In this document: positions 1-9,697 of the stretch, piece by piece
Position numbering within the stretch: the first letter of the stretch is position 1
How the letters are laid out: the number at the start of each line of letters is the position of its first letter
NCBI GenBank assembly: GCA_036479435.1
Contig: JAZGFI010000117.1
Span: forward strand, 1 to 64,000
Direction: 5' to 3'
Length of the DNA: 64,000 nt
DNA from: Planctomycetota bacterium
GTDB taxonomy: Bacteria > Planctomycetota > GCA-002687715 > DRQF01
The notes under the pieces: model-generated
What the model was told of the DNA's origin: nothing
The model's input: the letters and a program-made list of their open reading frames with translations, nothing else
Databases searched by the model: none
Program-made: the position numbers and the translations under genes

Positions 1-37
1 CCCGAGGTTTTCAAAGGCATGGCTCGGATGCCGACCA

Positions 38-83
38 CCACGCTCTTTGAGGCTCAGAATCCAACGAGCCTCAAAGAGCGTGG
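38..83. repeat. Perfect 18-bp inverted repeat with 10-nt loop, overlapping the DUF4411 stop codon
   Basis: ccacgctctttgaggctc (38-55) / gagcctcaaagagcgtgg (66-83). Confidence 0.85.
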
Positions 84-598
84 CGATAAATCGCCGAATT
101 GCCCTCGACTAAGTTGGCTGCTGACAATTTGGCCCGTTCAGAACGAAGCATCTCAAATGGCGTCATGAATTTGATTCCAAGGCCGATGCAAGCATCCGGT
201 ATCTTAATTTTGCGCACCGTTGCCGACGGAACTTCATGGGTCACGACGGTGTGGTCTCCAGCCTTCGCTTGGGCCACAAGGTAGTAGTCGGCTACCTGGA
301 GGAACGTGCTTACCGCCGCGGGTGCGTAACTTTGGCTGTTTGCCCAAACACTCACGTCGGCGAGGGCCGGAAAAGCCGTGGCGTCTGGGCGAAGGAAGAA
401 ACCGCTGCCACACTCGGTCGCCCAATCGGACAACTCGTCGGCGACGGCGAGCACCTCGTCGCCAACTTTCTCAATGCTGAAGAGGGACGCGGCCTCGTTG
501 GCAGCGATCAACCAGTCCCAGAATGCCGGACAGAAATCGAAACCGTAGTGAAGGTTTTTGGCCGCAATGAAGACGTTGGCATCGAGGAGATAGGCCAT
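71..598 (-). CDS. DUF4411-family PIN-like nuclease
   Basis: N-terminal YLLDANVFI PIN motif, YGFDFCPAFWDWL, ADYYLVAQA, VVTHE, KIPDAC. Confidence 0.85.
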   Translation of the reverse strand: MAYLLDANVFIAAKNLHYGFDFCPAFWDWLIAANEAASLFSIEKVGDEVLAVADELSDWATECGSGFFLRPDATAFPALADVSVWANSQSYAPAAVSTFLQVADYYLVAQAKAGDHTVVTHEVPSATVRKIKIPDACIGLGIKFMTPFEMLRSERAKLSAANLVEGNSAIYRHAL

Positions 599-1743
599 CA
601 GCCGAGCACCCCAAGGGTTTGCCCCAGTTTTTGGAACGTCGCCATCTTTTTGAATCCGAGGAGACGGAAGGCCTCGGTGTACGAAGTCCGCCCTTCGAGG
701 GTGCTGACGACGAGCGCTCGGGCGAAGGTCTTTCCGGCTCGGGCGCCCAGGGTCAGATAGAAATTGCCGCCGGTCCCAGCGGGCAATGCGCGAATGCGGT
801 CAAGTTCGTCGTGATAGGCTTTCCAGTAAGCCGTGGAGTTCAAGCCGCCCGCGTCGTGAATGCGACGCAGAACCACGAGCGTGCTCACTTTGAATCGCCT
901 GGCCAGGCGGTTGATTTCCTCTCCAAGTTCGATCTCGGAATTGTACTCCTCGCGAATTGCCTTAAGCGGGACGAGCAGTTCAGCCGCGACTTGGTTGCAC
1001 CACTTCTCGATGGCGTCGTCCGGAATACTCAACGCCTCCGCGTCTGAGACCGCCGATTGTCCCAACCAGATGTGAGCGATCTCGTGGGCGAGAGTGAACA
1101 TCTGTGCGGCTTTGGAATCAGCACCATTGATAAATACCAGAGGTGCAAGCGAGTCAGCGAGCGCAAAGCCGCGAAACTCCTGCGGATCCAGCTTGCGCCG
1201 GTTGTTACTGCCAACGACGCCGCTCACCATGATGAGGATACCAAGCGCATCAGCCTGCCCGATGAATCGTCGAAGGGCGTCCGTCCAGGTAGGGGTGAGT
1301 CGGCGCTCCTCAAGATCGAAACAGAGAGCGCTCCGAATAGTGGCGGCGGTTTTGACGACGTCGTCTTTGGAACGAGCAGAACCCACAAACTCCAGTGGCT
1401 CGTCACCAACAGCGCCAGCAAAGTCGCGGTACCAGTCCTGGCGTTGCTGACAAAGATAGATCGTGTCTAGGAGATCAGGGCTTGGCTGGCCCATGTGAAC
1501 ATTAGCGACGGTGCGAAAATCGGGGATGGGGACGCTCTCGACGGGCGCCTCGTCCAAAAACAGAAAGCCAACGGGCGTGAATGTCGCCTTCGCGAAAGCC
1601 TCAAGCTGTTTGAGCGTCGGATGCAAGACACCGCTCTCCCAGGCCTCAACCTTTGGGAACCGCTGGCGGAGAGCATCGATGCTGAGCCCAGAGCGCCCTC
1701 GAGCCCACTGGAGCAGTTCTGGTTTGATGGCGACGCGGTTCAT
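598..1743 (-). CDS. XRE-HTH plus ImmA/IrrE-family metallopeptidase
   Basis: N-terminal HTH (LQWARGRSG...WESG...PTLKQL), FTLAHEIAH HExxH motif, EKWCNQVAAELL. Confidence 0.9.
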   Translation of the reverse strand: MNRVAIKPELLQWARGRSGLSIDALRQRFPKVEAWESGVLHPTLKQLEAFAKATFTPVGFLFLDEAPVESVPIPDFRTVANVHMGQPSPDLLDTIYLCQQRQDWYRDFAGAVGDEPLEFVGSARSKDDVVKTAATIRSALCFDLEERRLTPTWTDALRRFIGQADALGILIMVSGVVGSNNRRKLDPQEFRGFALADSLAPLVFINGADSKAAQMFTLAHEIAHIWLGQSAVSDAEALSIPDDAIEKWCNQVAAELLVPLKAIREEYNSEIELGEEINRLARRFKVSTLVVLRRIHDAGGLNSTAYWKAYHDELDRIRALPAGTGGNFYLTLGARAGKTFARALVVSTLEGRTSYTEAFRLLGFKKMATFQKLGQTLGVLG

Positions 1744-4334
1744 CAGTTCTTATACCGCCTCACGCGGTCGAACCAGACTTCTACTTTCTGAAGTTCCTGC
1801 TCGAGAACTGCGACATCAGGCGGTACATAGTTGACCAAGACGCTCTTGTCGTGCCGTTTCGCCCATCGAGAGAGTCGACCGTAACTGGCATCGAATTCGG
1901 CGTGATCCGTTTCGGTGAATCGAGCCAGAAGCCTCACCATCATCGGACGGACCTCCAGTCCACCATTCGCGAGAACGCGCCCGACAATCTCCTGACTAAA
2001 GATACGCTCCCAAGTCTCGGACAGTTTTCCAGCCCATAAGGCGACTTCTACCTCGTATCGTTTGTCATCCCAGACGGAGCATTCCTTCTTTATTTGAGCC
2101 ATTGAGGCCCCGAGTTCATTCAAGCACGCAGCGACTACTTTTGCCTTCCAAGGGTGCCCCTTGCCGCAAGACCCAGGTTTTCGATCGCCAGCGCGACTCC
2201 GAGACACGGACAGTGCGGCAATTTGGACTTCCTTCTCGGCGCCCTCTAAATTGAGGTCCGCAACGAATGATAGGTCGTGAGTGAACACAACGACTTGACG
2301 ATCCACGGCGAACGCCGCCAGTCGCGTCGCCACGAGCCCACGGCGGACATGATCGAGCGAGTTGACCGGGTCGTCCAGTATGAGCGCAGACTTGGATGCG
2401 TCTAACCGTGCCTCAGTAAAGAACGAGGCAAGGCCAAGCGCGGTCCGCTCTCCCTCGCTGAATACGCGTGGGAGCGTGACTTCCTGGCGTGCGCCTTCGA
2501 GTTTTGGCTGATGATGCAAAACCCCCTTGTCGGATCGGGTCCGGGTGATGGTGACACGTTCGAGGCGAAGCCGATCAGTCTCGGTAGCGAATGTTTCGCG
2601 AATCACTTCGGTGATGCTCTCTTCAGAAAACTCGTTGATTTTCCTGGTAATCGCCCCTGTGGCGGCAGCGGTCTTGGCCGCCTCTAACGCATCTCGTTCT
2701 CTTCGGCGTTCGATCTCTTTCACGACTGCCTCGCGCGATTTCTTGGCCTCTTGGATTAGTTCATGCTCAATCCTTCTTCGGCCGAGCTCCACCAGCCGCT
2801 TCTGAATCCCATCTGGGCTGCCGAGGCATGCTGCCGTGCTCGTCGTGGCATCGGTGGCTTGCCGCAATCGTTCACGAACGTTGCCCGGATCGATTCCGAA
2901 TCGAGGCGTCTTCTCCGAACTCGCAATTGCATCGAGAATCTTCGCTTGCGCTTCCTGATAGCACGCCAGCAGGCTGCGCGTTTCGGCTACTAGTTCCGAG
3001 TGGCTCATCTCCAGATCTTGCAGGTTGCTTTTCACCTCCTCGGGCGAGTCGTCAAGTTCTGTCAGACGAGCGATCTGCGCGTCGTGTGTACTGAGGGCTT
3101 CTTTCAACTGAACCTGAGCGTCGTCCTTGACGAATCGGTCGAATCGAGCGAATCGATCACGTTCGTCTTTCTCAAAAGTCTGGAGGCAGAGTACGCAGCG
3201 ACTGTCCTCATTCAGAACCGGAAAAGTCTCACCGAGGTATGCAGACTCCTCCGAAAAACGCCTCGCAGACTCCCAAAGAATCTTCCATGGTGAGCTGCCA
3301 ACGCCGGGGAGTGGCTCTGATTCTAACGAGCGCGCAAGAACGGCTCCCGCTTGCTCGAGAACAAGGAGGTTATCTCGGTGCTGCTGAAGCGTCATCAGTG
3401 CTTTGTCTCCGAGCACAGCATTCAGTCGCTCCAAGTGCTTGCGCAGAGCGCCGAGTTTTTCGCCCTGCCGTTTTAGCTTCTTCTTTTCTTTGGCGGGGTC
3501 GGCAGATTGCATGGTTGCCTCTTGCTTCTTGAGATTTTGGATGACTTCTCCGGTATCAACGCACTCAATGATCAAAGCATCAAGGTCCTCAGCTAAGGAT
3601 TGCCCCGAGAGGTCCGTGAGGAATCTGCCAATACTCGTGTTTTTTGCGTCTTCGGGAATGGTGGGCAAGATGTTTATCGACCGGAGATTGCTTTCTAGCT
3701 TGACCTCGATGCGGCTCCGGACCTTGTCGCAGGCCTCAATGAGGCCATCCATGACGAACAACGCGGAGGGCCGGTAAGGGAATTCAGACTCCGAGGATAC
3801 GTATGCGCTCCCGCAGGCTCCGTCGTAAAACAAGATGCGTTTCAAGTCTGGACGTCCCGTGCCCGGCCAATCAACTGTCTCCTTGTCGTCGCCGATCAGA
3901 ATGGACAGCTCAGCCGTTGGGTTTGCCAACGACGCGTCACGGAAAACATCCGAAAGAACATCCTCTTGGTGCCGTGCTCGGGTGATCCGTTTCAACAGTC
4001 TTGCGTATCCGGATTTCCCGCTTCCGTTGTCGCCAAAGATGATGGTTAGGCCTTTCGGCTCAAGTCTTAGGGGCAAACTGGACTCGAGGGCGTTGACGTG
4101 TTGAAGCTTGTCAATTGCCACAAGCCGAACCGACGGGTCATTTGGCGTCGTCTGTGGCAGTTGTTTGATGCCAAAGGTCGACTTAGAGAATAGTCTCCCC
4201 TCCACGATGCCCTTGACCAGTTCGTCATAGTCTGCGTCAGAGAGTTTATCGCCCGTGGCGACTCGGCTCATGACTTCCCGCTGCCATGTTGGGCGTGTTT
4301 GACTCCAGGCGACGATTAACTCCTCTAACGTCAT
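1743..4334 (-). CDS. RloC/Rad50-like ABC ATPase with coiled coil, zinc hook and putative C-terminal HEPN domain
   Basis: Walker A GDNGSGKS, central CVLC, signature FSEGE, Walker B/D-loop ILDDPVNSLD, H-loop FTHD, C-terminal RWAKRH; start placed at MTLEEL (ATG 4334). Confidence 0.75.
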   Translation of the reverse strand: MTLEELIVAWSQTRPTWQREVMSRVATGDKLSDADYDELVKGIVEGRLFSKSTFGIKQLPQTTPNDPSVRLVAIDKLQHVNALESSLPLRLEPKGLTIIFGDNGSGKSGYARLLKRITRARHQEDVLSDVFRDASLANPTAELSILIGDDKETVDWPGTGRPDLKRILFYDGACGSAYVSSESEFPYRPSALFVMDGLIEACDKVRSRIEVKLESNLRSINILPTIPEDAKNTSIGRFLTDLSGQSLAEDLDALIIECVDTGEVIQNLKKQEATMQSADPAKEKKKLKRQGEKLGALRKHLERLNAVLGDKALMTLQQHRDNLLVLEQAGAVLARSLESEPLPGVGSSPWKILWESARRFSEESAYLGETFPVLNEDSRCVLCLQTFEKDERDRFARFDRFVKDDAQVQLKEALSTHDAQIARLTELDDSPEEVKSNLQDLEMSHSELVAETRSLLACYQEAQAKILDAIASSEKTPRFGIDPGNVRERLRQATDATTSTAACLGSPDGIQKRLVELGRRRIEHELIQEAKKSREAVVKEIERRRERDALEAAKTAAATGAITRKINEFSEESITEVIRETFATETDRLRLERVTITRTRSDKGVLHHQPKLEGARQEVTLPRVFSEGERTALGLASFFTEARLDASKSALILDDPVNSLDHVRRGLVATRLAAFAVDRQVVVFTHDLSFVADLNLEGAEKEVQIAALSVSRSRAGDRKPGSCGKGHPWKAKVVAACLNELGASMAQIKKECSVWDDKRYEVEVALWAGKLSETWERIFSQEIVGRVLANGGLEVRPMMVRLLARFTETDHAEFDASYGRLSRWAKRHDKSVLVNYVPPDVAVLEQELQKVEVWFDRVRRYKN

Positions 4335-4871
4335 GTGTTTCGTGCTCCACGAATGATGCTGGCTGCGCAACGGCCGTCGATGGTGTTCGGCGAGTCTGGC
4401 TGCAATGACCGACATCGCAGCTTGGTGTATTTTGCGAGGGAACCAGGCACACCCAGCGTCATCTCTCCTTGGTTCCGGCGGGACGAGCATTCTGCGGCTT
4501 GGATTCCCTGCGTCACTCTGCCGTCTGTTGTCATACCTACCTCGTGGCCCGATTTGGACGAGTCATGGCCTGCCGCAAACTGTGGCGGAAACTCGGAAGA
4601 GTTGTGCTCCTCAGAACTCCGATCTCTAGCAGATTCGTACCAACGCCCGACGAAAACACAGGCACTTACGTGCATCCGGTGACAGCGCCTGTCATGGCCG
4701 GAGTTTCGCTCTATGTTGTTGACCTGTCAAGTCGTTAAGAGCCATTCAAGAGGGTGATTTGAGTCGATTGACACCGAGGGGGTCGCCGGATGGTAGACGG
4801 CGGTTGATGTCTGCGCCTAGATGGCGCTTTGCGCGCATGACCGCCAACGACATGTGGGCGGAGCCCGCGAG

Positions 4872-5310
4872 TTATAGTGGCTCGTCACCTATCGACCGCG
4901 TGAAATCTCGGTACCACTCCTGGCGTTGTTGGCAAAGGTAGATCGTGTCCAAGAGATCAGGACTCGGATGGCCTGCATGAACATTGGCGATGGCCCGGAA
5001 ATCAGGGATGGGTACGATCTCGACGGGAGCCTCGTCCAAGAACAAATAACCCACCGGCGTGAAGGTCGCCTTGGCAAAAGCCTCAAGCTGCTTGAGCGTC
5101 GGGTGAATTTCGCCGCTCTCCCATGCTTTCAGTTTCGGGAACCGCCCAAGGAGCGCGTCCACGCCGAGTCCAGCGCGCCCCCGCGCCCACTGGAGAAGTC
5201 TTGGTTTGACGGCGACGCGGTTCATGCGTTTTGATATTCCCTCACGCGGCTGAACTAGGTTATTACGAATTGAGGCTCCTGAACAAAGCCCGATGCATCG
5301 GCGAATCTTT
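4872..5310 (-). pseudogene. Relic second copy: 3' end of the ATPase (with stop) plus truncated 117-aa N-terminus of the HTH-ImmA gene
   Basis: MNRVAVKPRLLQWARGR...GDEPL closely parallels 598-1743 but stops before the peptidase domain; upstream reads *FSRVREYQN versus WFDRVRRYKN in the intact ATPase; upstream boundary approximate. Confidence 0.8.
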
Positions 5311-5489
5311 AGTTCTCGGGCACAGCGAAGCGGCGCATCCCGATCTGGGCCAGCTGATATCTCAAGTTCTGTTGACGACGGCTCTCACGCGTCCTACTCT
5401 CGCTAAGTGAAAACAGTCAGGTGAAGCCGGGGAGCTTTGAGTTAAGTCTCTCGGTGCGGCGTGAGTTTTGTTCTGGAGTGGCGTAGATC

Positions 5490-7790
5490 GTGCGGGTTGT
5501 CTTTGTCTTGGTGGGCTTGGGTCTGTTGGCTGGATCTGGGTCGTATTTCTTTTTCACGCGAGAGAAAGCTGAAGCGGACCGGGTTGCGGAATGGGCGACA
5601 GGTCGCAGCGATGTCCTTAGTCGCTTTGGGCATGAGGCCGGTAGCGGCAAAACTGTGGCGGCTTCACGGCGCGGAATTGCGGTGGCTGGCTATGCGCGTT
5701 TTCATCGGTCTGGTGAACGAGGTTTGGTGGGGCTTGTCGCTGACGCCGAGCAGACGGGAAGGGTCGCGGTAGATGGGCTACTAGCTGAGATCTACCTGGA
5801 CGAACTCGGCTATCGCAATGCGGAGGTAGAGCGCTGCCGGGAAGCGGACGCGCACGCGGCCTTGGTTTTGAGGTTGGCGAAAAGTAGGCCTTTATTGGCC
5901 TTGGGCTACGTCGAGATGCTGAAGAAGTCGGAGGAAGAGTCGCTTCGTGGCCGAGGCGACGGGCTTTCGCAAATTGAGGTCTTTTTGCGATCTCTAACGG
6001 ACTCTGAAATCGACTGGGATGGCGTGGGTTCGGGGGCGGGATGGCTGGTGCCGAGCGTGGCGGAGCTTGTGCGAACACACTTCGAAAACCGCGAGCAACC
6101 TGAGCTGGCAGCGATCAGCGCGTTCATTGAGAAAGTCCTGGCCCTGGTGGATCGGCACCAAGATCGTGTGCGGTCGATCTTGGAGGCCTTCGGACCTCGG
6201 GGCTTGGCGCTATTGATTGAGTGGGATGAGGAAGTCGTCTACTTGATTCATAAAGAACACCTGCCCTGGAACGAAGTGATGATGGTGTTGCTTCGACAGC
6301 GTGACTTGTTGTTGCAACGCCGCGCGAAACTGGGGTCGGCACTGGGGGTGTCTGAGTACCTAACCCAGATTGCGCGAAACCGCCCTCGACTTTGGATTGC
6401 CGCTCAACGCGGGTTCGGGGCTTTGAGAATTCACGAAGCCAATCCAGAGCACTCGGACTCGATTTTTGAGATGGAGTACGCGGACGAGTTTGGGGTCTTA
6501 CTGACCGAGAATTTTGAGGGTGCGGCTCTCAAGGGAGCCATCGAAGCCGTCCATCGCTATGGAGGGCTCGCGGGAATGCTGTTGCAGAAATGGAAACATG
6601 ACCAGCGCTTGGCGGAGGCTTTGGCTGAGCCTGGTGTCGGATCAAAGATCATCATGTTGCTGGCACTAGAAAAGGATGCACTGGGAAAGTACGGATCAAA
6701 CAAAGAATGGGTCGACAAGGTCGTCGACGAACAGGGGCGACTGCGAGAAGACGGTTGGTGGCGAGATAAAATCCCAGGCGGACAGGTCTTTTATGTCTTT
6801 GGCCTTTGGCTTGACGGGAAACCCATCACCCTTGAAGAGATGGGGTTGGCCCTGGTTGACGCGGCTGACTTGACCTTGACGGTCTTGACTTTCGGGGGCT
6901 CCGCGGCGGTGTCGGCTGCGGCTAAAATCGGCAGGGGCGCGGGGAAAATCGGTCTCAAAAGGCTTGCGAAGGGTGTCGTTAAGTCAGGTTCGAAATCGGC
7001 CGTCAGGCCGTCAATAGGCCGCAATGTAGGATCGATTGCTTTCGGCGCAGTGAAAGAGCATGGCAGGTCGATCGCCGAGATCATGGAGATTGCCGAAGAG
7101 TTCGCTACCGGATCGTTGCAAGCGGAGATGCATGATCTTATAGATCGACAGCTCAGGTTTTCTGAGCATGGATCCGTACCCGATGCCGTCCGTCAACAAG
7201 AACTCTCGTTGACTGTTCAGCGAGCGCTCAAGATCCTGGCGGCGAACGCCTCTGCGAGTTTCTTTAGAAACAAGCGGCTGGCAGGCCGGGCAACGATGAC
7301 CGAAACCCGGACCGTCCTAAGCAGGCGACCCAAAAATTCCTGGTTAGAACAACTGAGGCAACTTCCAGATTGGAAAAAAATGCTGAGGGAACTCTCTGAC
7401 GCCCTTGAACTCTCATCTGACTTGAAGGCTCTGGCGCGTGTGGAAGAAAACGAATCGAGAATGCGAGAATTGGGTGGACGCTCTTTTCTACCGGCGTCGT
7501 TGGCCCCAATGCAGGATCTTGGGGCCGATTCAAGTAGCCGGCGAGCAAGCAACTCAGTGGTGGCGGCATTTGCTCTTACCGATGCCCTTTCCGGTCAAGA
7601 GTCGATCTTGGACCTCGAGGCTCCATCATCAAAAATAGAAATCGATCAGTTTTTTTCTGAGGCCCTCATGCGCGTCCCGCGCAAGCCGGCTCCGTCAAGA
7701 CGCGACCCTGCGACGACCGGCTTGGTCATCCTCGGGGGATTGATGGGCCTGGCTCTCTCGACATACTCGATTCGAAATCGAAGGAGCTGA
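5490..7790 (+). CDS. Hypothetical membrane-anchored helical protein, 766 aa
   Basis: Long ORF with N-terminal and C-terminal hydrophobic segments and an internal Gly/Ala-rich hydrophobic stretch; 5 bp from the GTPase gene. Confidence 0.75.
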   Translation: MRVVFVLVGLGLLAGSGSYFFFTREKAEADRVAEWATGRSDVLSRFGHEAGSGKTVAASRRGIAVAGYARFHRSGERGLVGLVADAEQTGRVAVDGLLAEIYLDELGYRNAEVERCREADAHAALVLRLAKSRPLLALGYVEMLKKSEEESLRGRGDGLSQIEVFLRSLTDSEIDWDGVGSGAGWLVPSVAELVRTHFENREQPELAAISAFIEKVLALVDRHQDRVRSILEAFGPRGLALLIEWDEEVVYLIHKEHLPWNEVMMVLLRQRDLLLQRRAKLGSALGVSEYLTQIARNRPRLWIAAQRGFGALRIHEANPEHSDSIFEMEYADEFGVLLTENFEGAALKGAIEAVHRYGGLAGMLLQKWKHDQRLAEALAEPGVGSKIIMLLALEKDALGKYGSNKEWVDKVVDEQGRLREDGWWRDKIPGGQVFYVFGLWLDGKPITLEEMGLALVDAADLTLTVLTFGGSAAVSAAAKIGRGAGKIGLKRLAKGVVKSGSKSAVRPSIGRNVGSIAFGAVKEHGRSIAEIMEIAEEFATGSLQAEMHDLIDRQLRFSEHGSVPDAVRQQELSLTVQRALKILAANASASFFRNKRLAGRATMTETRTVLSRRPKNSWLEQLRQLPDWKKMLRELSDALELSSDLKALARVEENESRMRELGGRSFLPASLAPMQDLGADSSSRRASNSVVAAFALTDALSGQESILDLEAPSSKIEIDQFFSEALMRVPRKPAPSRRDPATTGLVILGGLMGLALSTYSIRNRRS

Positions 7791-7795
7791 CCGAA

Positions 7796-9697
7796 GTGCC
7801 TAAATCAGAATCAGTTTCGAACCCCAAAGCCGATTCGGTCGAAGCGGTTAGCAAGTCGGCGCCTAAGGACGCGCGGAGCGTTGTCCTCATCGGCGCCGTC
7901 GCTTCCGGCAAGACGACTTTTCTGGCCGGCCTTAGGGTTGTGGCGGAAACTTCGCGGGACAATGAAATTCAGGTCTTTCCTGGAGATGAGGACACGCAAT
8001 CTGTCCTCGACGAAGCTCAAGGGTCGTTGCGAAACGGTGTTTGGCCAGCAGCCACCACCACGGCCCACCATCATGAGATTATGATCAAGTACCGAACTGC
8101 GACGATCCAGTTGACGGCCTTGGACTATCCCGGCGAAGAACTCGATCGACTTTTGGAGACCTCCGGGTCGCCCGCTGGACGGAAATTGCGTGAGACGCTC
8201 AGTAAAGCCGACCGGCTGTTAGTGCTCATCGATCCTCTTCAGCACGTGGACCAGGGTGACCTATCGACTCGGAGGCTGGATAGCGTGATGCGCGCCATTC
8301 AATTTTCGGTAGACAAAAACCAAGGCCGACCCGATTCAAGGGAACAACAAGTTGCGGTCATTGTTACGAAGTTTGACCTCCACCTTGAAAATGACTTTAG
8401 CTCCAAGAGGGCAGTGGAGGTTCTTAAGCGATCGATTCCTCCATTGCTGCGTAAGATCTCAGCAATCGTGCCCGGTGTGTCCGTGTACCCAGTTTCGTGC
8501 ACCGGCGCTGGGGCCACAGAGGAGTCTCCGCCGACACAACTCCACCCGCGCGGCTACGAGGCTGTTCTTTCGTGGCTCGCCGACTTAGACCAATTGGACA
8601 AGTCGGCCCCAAGACGATTCTGGCGGCGTTACCGCATCCATCTTCTGATGCTAATTGTCTCGGCGGGGATCGTCGGCGCCCTGTGGTGGCGGAACGATCG
8701 AGTCAAAAAGATCGCATCACTCGAAAGCTCGCGCGAACTCGACGCGTTGCCCAATATTGATCAACGAAGAATCGATGCCCCGCTATTCGACGAGCTGACC
8801 GATAGTTGGTTTCAGAATCGCGAGGCCGAACTCAACGAGCTGTCTACGATCAATCAAGCGCGTGGACTCATCACTCGGCTCGAAGACGCTTCGACAAACG
8901 CTTTGTCGGCGGACACAAGGTTGAGGCTCCTTGGCGTGAGCAGCCGTGCAAACGAGAGCCTAGAGGCGATGATTTTCCAACGAGCAAAAGACTCGAAGGG
9001 CAAGCCGATCTTCCAAGAACACGCTCAGCAGTATATAGAAGAGTATCCGCACGGGAAGTTCTCAGATCGCATTCGTAGTTGGACCAATGCCCAACGAAAT
9101 GAGTTCATCCAAAGCCTCGCGAAGATTGTCCGCGACATTCAGATCACGAACCGCGACTCTCTGACTAGAAAATCCAATGCCATCAAAAGTTACCTCGATC
9201 AAGCCAAAGACATCGGGACCAATCGCAACAAGATGCAGCGCGCGCTTGAGCTTTGCCAGCTTTTGGCCACTAAGTCCCGGTGGACGATCCGAGTCTTAGC
9301 GGTCGGCGAGTTTACCGGAAATCGTGACCACGGATTCCGCATTTACATGAACGACAAACACGATGACGATGACTGCGTTTTCCAAGGCGGCGTCGAGGAA
9401 AAAGCAAGGCACAGCACCTACAACGAAAGCAAGACCGTGGACTGGGGGCCTGGCGATAGTTTCGCCTTGGTCCTTTACGACTGCAACTGGTGGAACCAAT
9501 GGGCCGCTTGGACCAAACTCTACGGCCCCATCGCGATCCTCGGATGTCACGGACGCATTCAGTTGGAGTCCAAGGCCGACAACTTCAGCAAGGATGATTT
9601 TGACGGTACTCCATACTTTAAGGCTGAGGTTGAGGAGTTACGGGCCGGAGATCTCGAAATTGCCCGCGACTTCATCTACCCGGGACACAAGTGGTAA
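7796..9697 (+). CDS. TRAFAC-class GTPase with a transmembrane helix and C-terminal domain of unknown function
   Basis: G1 GAVASGKTT, G3 DYPGE, G4 TKFD, then TM HLLMLIVSAGIVGALWW. Confidence 0.8.
   Translation: MPKSESVSNPKADSVEAVSKSAPKDARSVVLIGAVASGKTTFLAGLRVVAETSRDNEIQVFPGDEDTQSVLDEAQGSLRNGVWPAATTTAHHHEIMIKYRTATIQLTALDYPGEELDRLLETSGSPAGRKLRETLSKADRLLVLIDPLQHVDQGDLSTRRLDSVMRAIQFSVDKNQGRPDSREQQVAVIVTKFDLHLENDFSSKRAVEVLKRSIPPLLRKISAIVPGVSVYPVSCTGAGATEESPPTQLHPRGYEAVLSWLADLDQLDKSAPRRFWRRYRIHLLMLIVSAGIVGALWWRNDRVKKIASLESSRELDALPNIDQRRIDAPLFDELTDSWFQNREAELNELSTINQARGLITRLEDASTNALSADTRLRLLGVSSRANESLEAMIFQRAKDSKGKPIFQEHAQQYIEEYPHGKFSDRIRSWTNAQRNEFIQSLAKIVRDIQITNRDSLTRKSNAIKSYLDQAKDIGTNRNKMQRALELCQLLATKSRWTIRVLAVGEFTGNRDHGFRIYMNDKHDDDDCVFQGGVEEKARHSTYNESKTVDWGPGDSFALVLYDCNWWNQWAAWTKLYGPIAILGCHGRIQLESKADNFSKDDFDGTPYFKAEVEELRAGDLEIARDFIYPGHKW

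Noticed and set aside
4335..4490. 52-aa N-terminal extension of the ATPase in the ORF track
   Set aside because: Does not look like coding sequence; MTLEELIVAW at 4334 is the more plausible start.
4500..4870. ncRNA or IS remnant in the intergenic gap
   Set aside because: No recognisable structure, terminal repeats or transposase motifs by eye; an Rfam/ISfinder search would be needed.
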